Assembly: GCA_019704295.1 (NCBI GenBank) | Contig: AP024596.1 | Location: forward strand, 1,984,001 to 2,048,000 | Reading direction: 5' to 3' | Origin: Sulfolobales archaeon HS-7 | Lineage (GTDB): Archaea > Thermoproteota > Thermoprotei_A > Sulfolobales > Sulfolobaceae | DNA length: 64,000 nt | Shown: piece after piece, positions 10,960 through 20,768 of the stretch | Layout of the letters: the number at the start of each line of letters is the position of its first letter | How positions within the stretch are numbered: the first letter of the stretch is position 1 | The notes under the pieces: model-generated | What the model was told of the DNA's origin: nothing | Database searches by the model: none | The model's input: the letters and a program-made list of their open reading frames with translations, nothing else | Made by a program: the position numbers and the translations under genes

Positions 10960-11313
10960 TTATTGTATTAATATTCTACTATTTCCCATAGTTTCGTTAT
11001 ATTCGTCAAATCCTTTAAGTTCCTCTTTCAATTTCCTTGCAGTGGAAACTATTTCAGGATCGGAATAAGATTCTTCAATAGCGTCTAATAGTTTTGTAGC
11101 AGTGTCCGTACCTATTACTAATACTAATTCTATGAAGTCAGGACTATTCAGGTACTCTATTAAATTTTTTGGATTACCACCAAAAGAGGAAAATTTATAC
11201 TTACTTTCAGCTTTGCTTAATAGCTTCCTTGCCTCATCTATTTTCTTTTGATCAAGTGCACTAGGTTTGAGGACTCTAGTTACTATATGACGGAGGAAAT
11301 CCAGTTGTGACAA
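10960..11313 (-). CDS. Hypothetical protein
   Basis: 117-aa ORF with natural composition, TATA-like box upstream, convergent with thsA. Confidence 0.7.
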   Translation of the reverse strand: MSQLDFLRHIVTRVLKPSALDQKKIDEARKLLSKAESKYKFSSFGGNPKNLIEYLNSPDFIELVLVIGTDTATKLLDAIEESYSDPEIVSTARKLKEELKGFDEYNETMGNSRILIQ

Positions 11314-11427
11314 TTTTACTCCTAATTAAGGATAACAGGAACGGAGTTATTTAAGCAGATCGCTAAATTAGACATGTTATACTATTATGAGGAAAACGGC
11401 TCTTTCATAAACATACGCCCATTGCTT

Positions 11428-12280
11428 GGGGGGTTTTGAAATAGTCCTAATGAAAATGAAATTTTTCTAATTGTTTTACCGCGGTGAGGCTTCAGATAAT
11501 GAAGGGTGGTTGTTCACATGTCCATTGTGAATTCACTTTATTTTATTAGTTTGAAATCAACCAATTCATTATGAACTCGATAATACTGAATTATGGACGA
11601 GTAGAGATATAATACTATGGAACAAATTGAGGTAACAACCCTTACGGAATATGATATTACGTTCCAGCTTGCGCCACCTTCTAGAGGAGGCATTGTTAAA
11701 CAACTCATTCGAGGAGAGAGGAAAGCTCTTGAGGAGATGATTCAAAGGAGTGGGAAGAAGGTTAAGAGGAAAGGGTACTCCGGGTACCGCATTTCTTAAG
11801 GCCTTCATGATCTTGATGAAGGGTGGGAGAAAGGTCTATGGGCTCTTCTACGTCAACATGAAACTACTTGTCTTGTATAAGGAGGGTAAGAGGGTTAAAA
11901 TGCGTATAGAGTCGCTATATACTTCGCCTCTAATATAGCTATGGGAACAGTGGGTCCAGAAACACACATAAACGTAGCAATCCTTGACGTTCTTACCCTT
12001 GGACAACTTGGACCTCTTCACGACTAAACTCTGGTAGGGACTCACTATCCTCACCTCCTCTGCTTCATGTTTCCCCCGTCGAAGAAGTACCATCAAAGGA
12101 AACTTTCCTTAATTTTACGCAATTAGCGTTAACTGGTGCAAAACGGTATAATTTGAATTGAAAGCTTCAATTGCTTGCTACTTAATATTCTAGAGCTCCC
12201 AGATTTCACGAAATTTATATCATAAGAAGTGAAGAAAGTATGTGAAAACTTTTTAGAACTAAATTAATTTCAAAATTCTA
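11428..12280. mobile_element. Probable degenerate IS remnant with frameshifted basic ORF fragments
   Basis: Weak terminal IR (GGGTTTTGAAAT / ATTTCAAAATTC); GC-richer interior with overlapping frame-shifted fragments 11617-11799 and 11750-11938 and an opposite-strand fragment to 12096. Confidence 0.4.
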
Positions 12281-12301
12281 ACTTAACTCTAATTAGTAAC
12301 T

Positions 12302-12598
12302 CTAACTGTCATCTTTTAGGGAATCTATTTTTCTTGCGAGTTCTACATCGAGGTCTGAAAGAGCATTAATATCATGAGTAAAAAGTGAAATAACGACTTT
12401 ACTATAGTAAACGCATATGTCTGGATGATGATCCATTGCATTGGCTATAGGAACTATTTTACTCACAAATTGTATTGCCTGAGTAAAATCACTGAAGTTA
12501 TATTCCTTCGTTAATGTTCCACTTTTAAAACTCCATCCCTTTGATTGATTTACAAAAGCCTGAACTTCTCCCTCTGTTAACTTCTTCAAGAATATCAC
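12302..12598 (-). CDS. Pterin-4-alpha-carbinolamine dehydratase
   Basis: DHHPD motif, LFTHD..LSDLDVELARKID. Confidence 0.92.
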   Translation of the reverse strand: MIFLKKLTEGEVQAFVNQSKGWSFKSGTLTKEYNFSDFTQAIQFVSKIVPIANAMDHHPDICVYYSKVVISLFTHDINALSDLDVELARKIDSLKDDS

Positions 12599-12647
12599 CA
12601 GTAATTTTTATCTTAAATTTCTTGATATTTATAACTGGTGTTTGTTT

Positions 12648-13424
12648 TCAGGAACGTGATTGCCATTTAGTTAACATATTATATGTATAACTAAGTGCGT
12701 TAAAATAGCTGTCTGGATCACCGACGTTAAGCCACTTTTCATCTTCAAGCAATAAACCTAGAATTTCGCCCCCGTTATCTATAATACCTTTTATACCGTA
12801 AGTTAACTCGAGTTCTCCAGAGTACTCTACATTCCTCAAGGCATTAAATATTTTACTTGAGAAAATATAAACTGCTGATATTGCGATATCGCTCTTTGGA
12901 TTCATCGGTTTTTCTTCTGCTTCTATTACTTGAACAAATCTATGATTCATGAATATCCCTCTATCTTTAACTGATACAATTCCGTATCTTTGCGGATTAT
13001 TCACTTTTCTTAACAGTAAGACGCCATCTGGAGAGTTCTGTTCAAACACTTCTTTTGCCTCATTATATCCTCCGGTTAGAATTCCATCATCCGCGTGAAC
13101 GAAAAAAGGCTCATTATTTGTAAAATCCTCGGCTCTCATTATTGCATCTCCAAAACCTCTAGGAACGCTTTGGACCACGAATTGGAAATTCCTCTCGAAA
13201 AGGTAGTCCATTAAAAGTCTGCCATGAGAACCCACTACCAGGCAAAACTTCTTTACGCCAATATCTATTAACGCGTTTGATATAAGATCTATTATTGGAC
13301 GCATTACTTTTTTGCCTTCCTCATTTCTAAATAACGGCAAAAGCGCTTTTGGCATAACGGAAGATATATACTTCATTCTACTACCCTTTCCAGCGGCTGT
13401 TATTACAGCCCTTTCTATCTTCAC
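12648..13424 (-). CDS. Sugar-phosphate nucleotidyltransferase
   Basis: AVITAAGKGSRM..PKALLP, PRGFGDA, EEKP, WLNVGDP. Confidence 0.88.
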   Translation of the reverse strand: MKIERAVITAAGKGSRMKYISSVMPKALLPLFRNEEGKKVMRPIIDLISNALIDIGVKKFCLVVGSHGRLLMDYLFERNFQFVVQSVPRGFGDAIMRAEDFTNNEPFFVHADDGILTGGYNEAKEVFEQNSPDGVLLLRKVNNPQRYGIVSVKDRGIFMNHRFVQVIEAEEKPMNPKSDIAISAVYIFSSKIFNALRNVEYSGELELTYGIKGIIDNGGEILGLLLEDEKWLNVGDPDSYFNALSYTYNMLTKWQSRS

Positions 13425-13470
13425 GACATATCGAGAAGACTTTTAGTTTAATCCCTTTAAACATTATTAT

Positions 13471-13881
13471 CAATGATGCTACAGTAATTTTACTAATAAT
13501 GAGATAATCTCCAAAAGATGGTAAAATCTCGTTAGCGAGAGTAAAAATTAGCTAAGTTTCCAACTTAGTGGGAAGAGGATGAAACTATCCTCTTAAGAGA
13601 AAAGGACTAAACGAGTTTTCCATATGTCGTAATATCCTCCATGTTATCGAGTGAGAAGAAATGATGACATTAAAGTTTAACTGAGGGATTTTTAATTTGA
13701 TGTGACGCTTATAGTAAAGGCGGGTGAGTCCTCGCTAATAAACTAATACTGGAGGCGTTCAAGTTTACTCCTGATCCAAGGACGGTGTACAATGTAGAAT
13801 AAATGTTATTTACTTTATTAACTAAGCATTAGTATATAGGAATAATTCATTTTGCAACGCATAATTAGGACGATAGCACAG
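13471..13881 (+). mobile_element. Old internally deleted derivative of the IS at 18834-20236
   Basis: CAATGATGCTACAGTAATTTTACTAATAATGA aligns to the IS left end; shared blocks AAAATCTCGTT, AATTAGCTAA, TTAAAGTTTAA.GAGGGA, CCTCGCTAAT; right boundary approximate. Confidence 0.75.
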
Positions 13882-14214
13882 GGAAATTACGAGAACTAAA
13901 ATTCCACTATTAACTTCCTAAGCTTAAAAATATTCGGTTCTTCTCGTGCTAACTTTTGACTTATCACGCTTAAAACCTCTTTTTACCCTAGATTCTTGAG
14001 AAGTCTTTGATTACTTGTGAGCGGGCTCAATAAACTTACCTTACATCAACTCTCTACTCGTAATTAAGCGGATTTAATTCTAGGCACACGCGTTTTATAA
14101 CTTTTTTAGATTATTTAGTTATTCTATTAATTACGCATTGGATATTGTGTCATGCTTGAAGCGTATGGAAACGCCGGATTGAATAACCTTTATACTCTTA
14201 ATACTGTAAAATAA

Positions 14215-15714
14215 ATGAGAAATATGGACCAAATTACAACTGAGGAAATGCGTATCTTAGAGATAAATTCTGAAGCACTTGGAATTTCTACCATTCAACT
14301 TATGGAAAATGCAGGTAAAGCTGTCGCTAATAAAATATTAGAAAAAGTACGCACTGGAAAGGCTTACATATTTGTGGGGCATGGCGGAAAAGGAGGGGAC
14401 GGTTTGGCAGCTGCGCGACACTTAGATTCTTATGGATTTGACGTTACTATTCTGCTTTTTGGGGAAATTAAACACCCCGCGGCTACTGTTAACCTGAATA
14501 TAATTAGGGAACTTGATACAGTAAGGCTGGTTGAAGTTAAGGACGTTTCGGAACTTTCTCCAGTTCATGGGGACGTAATAGTAGACGCTCTATTAGGTAC
14601 AGGATTTTCAGGAAAGCCTAGAGAGCCATTCAGAACTGGAATAGACATATTCAATAAATCGAAAGGATATAAAGTGTCAATAGATATTCCTTCAGGTGTT
14701 AATCCAGATACTGGGGAAAATTACGGCGATCACGTCATTCCAGACCTAGTAGTTACTTTTCATAAGATGAAAAGAGGGCTTATCGGAATTAGTAATGTTA
14801 TAGTTGAAAGTATCGGCATACCAAAAGAAGCAGAATTGTTCACAGGTCCTGGCGAGTTAATGGTTAGAATGAAACCACGACCTATGTTAACAAAAAAAGG
14901 CGATTGGGGAAGATTACTTATAATTGGAGGAAGTGAAACCTTCTCTGGAGCTCCAACCCTGGCAGCACTCGGTGCTCTAAGGACAGGAATCGATTTAGTT
15001 TACGTGGCAGCTCCCGAGGAAACAGCAAAGATAATTGCAGGCTATTCACCAGATCTTATTACGATAAAGTTAAGCGGATCCCATTTAAACGAAGACAATA
15101 TAGAACAATTATTAGATTTTATAAAAAAATCAAATGTAATAATATTGGGGCCAGGCCTAGGAACGCATGAGGAAACGGCTAAGGCAGTACACAACTTGAT
15201 CGAAATATTAAAGGATGAGAATAAAAGGGCAATTATTGATGCAGACGCTCTTAAGCTCTACGCCAGAAATAAGTTGTATTCTCAGGTCGTTATAACTCCT
15301 CATTCAAGGGAATTCGAAATCTTCTTCGGAACAGTCCTTCCTAGTGAGATAAAAGAGAGAGTAAATGCTGTAACTAACTGCGCTAAACAATGTGAATGCA
15401 CAGTTGTCGCCAAAGGGTATTATGATGTGATAAGCGACGGTAGCAGAGTAAAGCTTAACAAAACTGGACAACCAGGAATGGCAGTAGGCGGTACAGGTGA
15501 TATATTAACAGGTATAATTGGCGCGTTACTAACTAGGCATCTCCCATTTGAAGCTTCAACAATGGGGACATTCATTAACGGTTTAGCTGGAAGTCTAGCT
15601 TATGAAGAATTAAGGGAAAGAATATCAGCTACAGATGTAATTGCGAGGATCCCTAAAGTTTTAATCGATCCGCTTGATGCCTATAAGAAACGAGTATACA
15701 GAAGAGTGATATGA
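14215..15714 (+). CDS. nnr: Bifunctional NAD(P)H-hydrate epimerase/dehydratase
   Basis: LMENAG, GGDGL, DALLGTG, DIPSG (YjeF-N); GGS..FSGAP, DADAL, TPHSREF, GGTGD (YjeF-C). Confidence 0.93.
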   Translation: MRNMDQITTEEMRILEINSEALGISTIQLMENAGKAVANKILEKVRTGKAYIFVGHGGKGGDGLAAARHLDSYGFDVTILLFGEIKHPAATVNLNIIRELDTVRLVEVKDVSELSPVHGDVIVDALLGTGFSGKPREPFRTGIDIFNKSKGYKVSIDIPSGVNPDTGENYGDHVIPDLVVTFHKMKRGLIGISNVIVESIGIPKEAELFTGPGELMVRMKPRPMLTKKGDWGRLLIIGGSETFSGAPTLAALGALRTGIDLVYVAAPEETAKIIAGYSPDLITIKLSGSHLNEDNIEQLLDFIKKSNVIILGPGLGTHEETAKAVHNLIEILKDENKRAIIDADALKLYARNKLYSQVVITPHSREFEIFFGTVLPSEIKERVNAVTNCAKQCECTVVAKGYYDVISDGSRVKLNKTGQPGMAVGGTGDILTGIIGALLTRHLPFEASTMGTFINGLAGSLAYEELRERISATDVIARIPKVLIDPLDAYKKRVYRRVI

Positions 15715-15802
15715 AGTCTAGCCTATAGCATTAGGCTATCTTTAACCTGAAAACGTAACTTGTTGGTTAATCATTCTTAATCGTATTTATAGGGGATTCT
15801 AT

Positions 15803-15925
15803 AGGGATGACGGCTCAATCCCTGCTTCATGCAGATCTCTCACAGCGACACTTTATCTTGTTCGGTGATTCAAAGGGAGCGGAAGACCCGCAGGGATGGA
15901 CAGTCCTTTATAGAAACGTTTTTGT
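15803..15925 (+). mobile_element. Probable tnpB-element 3' end remnant (second family)
   Basis: GC-rich noncoding GTGATTCAAAGGGAGCGGAAGACCCGCAGGGATGGACAG; partial second copy near 32080-32110; family assignment from recall only. Confidence 0.4.
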
Positions 15926-15939
15926 TTTTATATCAAAAT

Positions 15940-16161
15940 TTTCTTACACCTGGGCCGCAAGAGCGGGGTCAGTACCATCGGGACTGGAGGATTTAAGCCT
16001 GTGGAGAGAAAACCCTCCGTAACCCCTCTTCCGGGCGGCATTACAGAACGGTTCCGCTCGGTGGAACCTTCGCTAACGATGAAGGGGTAACGAGGTCTCT
16101 CTGAGAGACGGACATCTCCATCGTAAGACAGAGAGGCTCCGATCGCAAGCGAGTAGTTGAT
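15940..16161 (+). mobile_element. IS200/IS605 right end / omegaRNA-like remnant without tnpB
   Basis: GCCTGTGGAG motif, GC-rich hairpins, ends TAGTTGAT; clearly homologous (inverted) to 35962-36190. Confidence 0.65.
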
Positions 16162-16293
16162 TGCGTTCTTCACCGCTTTCAGCATTAGTTTTCGAGGAAC
16201 GATCCTTAAAGAAGAGAGAATTCAACCCTATTGTCTGAGGTAATTAGGAATTATAATAAGAGTAGAAAAACTTCTATATATTAACGCAGAACT

Positions 16294-16575
16294 CTATACG
16301 ATGTATGGAATAATATAAATGATAACGAGTATAATAGTAATAGCTAGTGCTATTGCTAACATAATTTTTGTAATATTCTTTGATGAACCGAATATTATTG
16401 GAATAGGGCCGATGAAGATTATTCCTCCCGCTTCAGTTTTTCTTTCAGTCTCTTCTTGTCTGTCCACACTTTTTTTCGAAGCATGAAAGAACTCGTAAAA
16501 TGTGCCCACTAGGATCACGAGAAAACCTACTATAAACAGGAGAATCCCTATTCCGATTAGTAAATCCCCTATCAT
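16294..16575 (-). CDS. DUF131/TIGR00304 family membrane protein
   Basis: GGIIFIGPIPIIFGS motif between two TM helices. Confidence 0.88.
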   Translation of the reverse strand: MIGDLLIGIGILLFIVGFLVILVGTFYEFFHASKKSVDRQEETERKTEAGGIIFIGPIPIIFGSSKNITKIMLAIALAITIILVIIYIIPYIV

Positions 16576-16608
16576 AAGTTAAGTTCTATCCTTAAACGAA
16601 ATAAATAC

Positions 16609-17688
16609 TTAAGTAAACCTTCTAGGATCACCTCCTATTAATTCCCTGAGCACTACTGTTGCATACATTCCTCTTTCCAACCAAAACGTCAGAACGTTAT
16701 TTGTGATGTTTATTTCATTAATTCTCATTAATAATTTTCTCTCAACTTTATTGACTCTAACCTTTATTTCAGATATATTAAAAGAATTTTTCTCTATTCC
16801 TTCGTCAATATAGATTTGTTTACATAAATCGTCACAGTCGTAAAAATTTGTAGGGAGTGTTAATACGGTATTCAGATCCTCTACTTTACGTTCTTGTAGA
16901 TGATAAGAAATAAGTCTGTTCATAAGGTAAGATTGATAGGCCTCAACGTAAAACTTAAGCGGAATTATACTACTCTTTATTGCACTATAGCAAGAATATG
17001 TATGAATGAAGTTTTTCAATATCACCCTTTCTTGATTTAAATATGCAGGACAGTTAATAAGTGCTTCCTCGTATTTCCCTCGATCTATTAAATTTCTGAA
17101 TCTTATTGACTCTTTACTCTCTCCTACAAAAGGTCTTCCTAATATAGCATACATCGCGTCGCACCAGTCTCTCTTTATTAAGAAATAACCTATTATATGG
17201 GTATTAGGTCTCCTTGAACCAAACCGCTGATATCCATAGAACGCAGGCAAATATGGATCTAGCCTAACCTCTTTTACTCTTAGGGCTATGTCCTCCCCAA
17301 CTAATGTTATTCTAAATAGGTTACCTGTATGATTAAGCCTAGCGTTAGTAAACCCCTTAAGCTCCAACTCAGTTTTTTCGTTACTCAAAATTATGGGTTT
17401 TTTAGTTTCAATTAAACTCGCATCAGTGTAAACCAGTTGATATGTTTCAGCATTAGCGTCCTTCATTCCTAAGTAATTTAACCTAATTTTCAGACTAGAC
17501 TGTATACTCCTTATCACTGAAAAGTGGTCTATTCCTCTTTTTTTAAGTAGAAAAACCGCATATTTTCCTTCACTCTCTCCTAACCATCTGGAAACAGGTA
17601 CATTGTCAACTATTTCCTCCACAATAAATCCTTCGGGCCTCGGTATTGATACATCAGCAGGCTTCCAGTCATATTTTTTATACTCCAT
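16609..17688 (-). CDS. truD: tRNA pseudouridine(13) synthase TruD/Pus7; may start at ATT 17721
   Basis: FIVEE, GMKDANAETYQ, GNLFRI, FYGYQRFG, AYQSYL.N, LERGMYAT..LRE. Confidence 0.92.
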   Translation of the reverse strand: MEYKKYDWKPADVSIPRPEGFIVEEIVDNVPVSRWLGESEGKYAVFLLKKRGIDHFSVIRSIQSSLKIRLNYLGMKDANAETYQLVYTDASLIETKKPIILSNEKTELELKGFTNARLNHTGNLFRITLVGEDIALRVKEVRLDPYLPAFYGYQRFGSRRPNTHIIGYFLIKRDWCDAMYAILGRPFVGESKESIRFRNLIDRGKYEEALINCPAYLNQERVILKNFIHTYSCYSAIKSSIIPLKFYVEAYQSYLMNRLISYHLQERKVEDLNTVLTLPTNFYDCDDLCKQIYIDEGIEKNSFNISEIKVRVNKVERKLLMRINEINITNNVLTFWLERGMYATVVLRELIGGDPRRFT

Positions 17689-17711
17689 ACCGACTACAAG
17701 GTCTACGGGGT

Positions 17712-18071
17712 CTATAGTAATTTCAAATCACCTGTTACCTTATCTATGAGGAAATCTGGAGAAGGACCGAATGATACGCAGGTTATTGTACCTGGAGTTA
17801 TCTGCGTTTTACCTGCGTCTTCCACAACCGAGTATGGTATTCTCTCATTTTTAGCGATATCTACCCTGGACAACAGTTCATTTAGATCTGGAACTTTTAC
17901 CACAATTTTTGGTTGTCCCTCATTTAACCATACATTGAGCCACTCCTTCCACTCCTTATTACTTGAATTTATTATTTTTAAAACATTCATAACTGCTCCA
18001 TGTGCAACTTGCGCTGCTATTTTACCCTTACCTATCTTTAGATCAGTCCTAACAGCAATAGCCATCTTCAT
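17712..18071 (-). CDS. pth2: Peptidyl-tRNA hydrolase Pth2
   Basis: VRTDL..GKGKIAAQVAH, GQPKIVVK, DAGKTQ, DKVTGDLKLL. Confidence 0.96.
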   Translation of the reverse strand: MKMAIAVRTDLKIGKGKIAAQVAHGAVMNVLKIINSSNKEWKEWLNVWLNEGQPKIVVKVPDLNELLSRVDIAKNERIPYSVVEDAGKTQITPGTITCVSFGPSPDFLIDKVTGDLKLL

Positions 18072-18106
18072 TATTCTATGGTTAAGTTTTATATACCTAA
18101 AAATAC

Positions 18107-18325
18107 ATGGTTACGATGATTGTGATGAGCTCAGTAAGACTGAGTATAAAAGAGGAAGCGGAGGTACCAATTTGCTCGAGCTGTAGTAAGCCAATACATC
18201 CCAAGGAAAAAGGGGTCTTATTCTACTGCCCTAACTGCGGAGAAGTACAGATATGGCGGTGTAACATGTGTAGGAAACAAGGAGTAGTGTATAAATGCCC
18301 TAACTGCGGTTTTGAAGGCGTATAA
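18107..18325 (+). CDS. Zn-ribbon protein (DUF1610 type)
   Basis: Four CxxC pairs (CSSC, CPNC, CNMC, CPNC); conserved position before EF-1beta. Confidence 0.88.
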   Translation: MVTMIVMSSVRLSIKEEAEVPICSSCSKPIHPKEKGVLFYCPNCGEVQIWRCNMCRKQGVVYKCPNCGFEGV

Positions 18326-18327
18326 AA

Positions 18328-18603
18328 ATGGCAAATGTACTAGTAACGATAAGAATAGCACCCGAAAGCGATAAGGTCGATCTCGACGACGTGCTAAATG
18401 AAATAAGGGGGAAATTGCCAAAAGAGTACTCTATAGTAAGCTCGGAAAAACAACCAATAGCCTTCGGTATTGAGGCGTTAGTTGTAAATGTGGTCATGCC
18501 AGAGAATACGGAAGGAGGAACAGACGTTCTAGAGGAACTATTAATGGGAGTTCAGGGTGTAGGCGGCGTAGAGGTAGAGAATGTAAGCAGGCTCGGGTTC
18601 TAA
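18328..18603 (+). CDS. ef1b: Elongation factor 1-beta
   Basis: PIAFGIEAL motif, 91 aa. Confidence 0.93.
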   Translation: MANVLVTIRIAPESDKVDLDDVLNEIRGKLPKEYSIVSSEKQPIAFGIEALVVNVVMPENTEGGTDVLEELLMGVQGVGGVEVENVSRLGF

Positions 18604-18672
18604 AAAGGTTAATAGAGAACAATTGAAAAGCAAACTTATTTATACTCGGAGCTATATCGGTTTTATTGATAT

Positions 18673-18761
18673 GCCGCGGTAGTATAGCCCGGTCAAGTAT
18701 GCGGGCCTTTCGAGCACTGCGGGGATAGCCCGTGACCCGGGTTCAAATCCCGGCCGCGGCA
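18673..18761 (+). tRNA. tRNA-Glu(TTC) with 14-nt intron at 37/38 (18713-18726)
   Basis: CGGGC-CT-TTC-G[AGCACTGCGGGGAT]A-GCCCG; GGTTCAAATCC; GCCGCGG/CCGCGGC acceptor. Confidence 0.93.
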
Positions 18762-18833
18762 TTATACTTCCATGAGTAGTTTTTCAGAAGTGCAGTGCTG
18801 TTTCGCCAATTTTACTAAAAATGAGATATTTTC

Positions 18834-20236
18834 CAGTCTTGTTTCGCCAATTTTACTAAAAATGATACAATTTCTAAAACAAGGGAAAATCTCGTTCTGA
18901 AGAGTCGAAATTAGCTAAATTTCCGTAAAAGTTGAGAAAAGATCGACTTTTATCTCAGTAGAAGGTGTGTAACCTAGTTTTTACACGTATAGTAATACCT
19001 TGTGTATAGTATTATCAAGTGGGTAGAAATGAGGACGTTAAAGTTTAAGCGAGGGACTTCCCAGATTTTGATATGCGGAAACCAAAGCCAAGGTATAAGT
19101 CCCTCGCTAATGAATTAGTAGAGGAAGCGTTTAAGAAGATTTCCTCTAATCCCCGCGACGTTATCAAGAGGAGTAAATCTCTCCTCTTGGGGAATAGAGG
19201 AAAGGATTACATTTCCCTTGTAAGACAAGGGAAAAAGCTAGGGGAACTCTTGGGTAAAACCTTCGAGTTCTGGGAGCTGTGTACAATTTTCGCGAATGAG
19301 AACATCGTGCTGGGATTTGACGAGACCTTCCTGAGGGTGGGAGAGAAGGAAGCAGAGAGAGTGGGGGACAAACTCTTCTCGGGAAAGGCCAAGGTTAGAT
19401 CCGCAGATCTCTTGTCTCCCGTGAGATGTAACGTGGTTACCCAATTCGCGGTTAAAGGGGATCAAAAGCCCTCCGAGTTCCTTGAAGAGTTCGTCAACAA
19501 GGCTGTACAGCGCGACAGCTTGAGTTACGTTGTTGCCGACGCTGGATTCCTCAACCTCGAGATCCTCAAGGAGTTACCCGCAAAGGCCGTGATCAGAGGG
19601 AAAACTAACTTAAAGGGAGTCAAGGAACTCTTTGCTCAGTCCCTTACCGTGAAGTACTACACGGTTGAGGACAGAACTTACGTTGCCCACAGAAAGTTAG
19701 AGTACAAGGGACTCTACTATTACGACGTGATTTACGTGAAGCACAAGGGGAAACCAACGCACTTCGTTTTCGTCTCAAACGTTGAGGGAGATCCCTACGA
19801 GTTGGCCGAGACCTACAGGTTGAGGTATAGAGGAGGGGTTCAAGACGAGGAAAGCGAGGATAGAACTCATAAGGAGGTTGCGCAACAAGCTCTACCTCTA
19901 CCTGATCTACGCGCTCCTCGACACTTCCTGGAACTTGTACCTCTTCCTCTCGTTTAACTTCAAAGCACCGGGAGAGAAGCCCCTCGCGTTTGACCAGTTC
20001 GTCAATCTCCTCTAGGCGTTTTCAAGCTAGAGGGTGGACTATGTACCTCGTTTTGAACACGTAAAATAAATTCAGAACTTCTTGTGTTTGTTACTATTAA
20101 CTTGCAAAATATACCAGATTTTGACTAAACATATGATATTGTTACGCCTCTTGAGTTAACTTAATCCTATATTTTTATACACTAATTACTCTAATAATAT
20201 CTTACAATCATGAGATTTTTTGGCGAAACAAGACTG
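18834..20236 (+). mobile_element. Insertion sequence, 1403 bp, ISH3/IS4-type DDE (ISC1439-like)
   Basis: Perfect 17-bp TIR CAGTCTTGTTTCGCCAA/TTGGCGAAACAAGACTG; 9-bp TSD GATATTTTC at 18825-18833 and 20237-20245. Confidence 0.92.
19073..20015 (+). pseudogene. DDE transposase frameshifted at the Y-x2-R-x3-E motif
   Basis: GFDETF and VVADAGF acidic motifs; YRLR then the frame switches near 19825 to IEEGFKTRKARIELIRRLRNKLYLYL...NLL* ending at 20015. Confidence 0.85.
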
Positions 20237-20362
20237 GATATTTTCTAAAATATGGGAAAATCTCGCTCAAGAGAGTAGAAGTTAGCAAAATTTCCGTTAA
20301 AGTGGAGAAAGGATCGACTTTTATCTCAGTAGAAGGTATGTAATCAAGTTTTTACACGTATA

Positions 20363-20470
20363 GGGGGCCGTTCATATATCCGTTACGAATTCAGTTTATT
20401 TAAGAAAATCAAATAAATTTAATTGAGTGTTATTGTTTAGACTAGGTAGGAATTCTCACTCAACAATTTG
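20363..20470 (+). mobile_element. Truncated SM4-like MITE
   Basis: GGGCCGTTCAT..CGAATTCAGTTTATTTA..AATTTAATTGA..GACTAGGTAG matches the copies at 30506 and 31777. Confidence 0.8.
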
Positions 20471-20768
20471 GAAGTGTTCTCAATGCAGTCATCTTATTCG
20501 ATAAGTTGTATGAAATTATTACTTGATTAGGTATGCCATCTTTAAACGGTAATTAACCTCGTTAACCAATTTAGTGTGGAAGGTATAGGGTTATAGGGTG
20601 GTTAAGTAGTGGCTTACTGAACATTGCTTACAAGGTGATTTACTGGGTGCATAGCGGTGTTAAACGAGGCATATTTTAGGTAAGTACAGTATATCGCATT
20701 TATGATATAATTTTACATATACATATCGAATAAGACGACTGGATGAGAACACTCCCGATAAGATTAAT

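Larger units (their letters stand above)
18793..20362 (+). mobile_element. Older left-end fragment of a related IS (18793-18833 and 20237-20362) interrupted by the younger IS
   Basis: CAGTGCTGTTTCGCCAATTTTACTAAAAATGA repeats the IS left end; 20246-20362 repeats about 18875-18990. Confidence 0.85.

Noticed and set aside
15807-16185. ORFs 15807-16022 and 15928-16185 (also 50250-50456) as proteins
   Set aside because: They lie within noncoding element ends, and the reading frames do not appear to be kept in the homologous copies.
20480-20700. Possible IS5-type transposase C-terminal relic (W..GY..W..E-like pattern)
   Set aside because: Too decayed, with multiple stops and no terminal repeat to support it.
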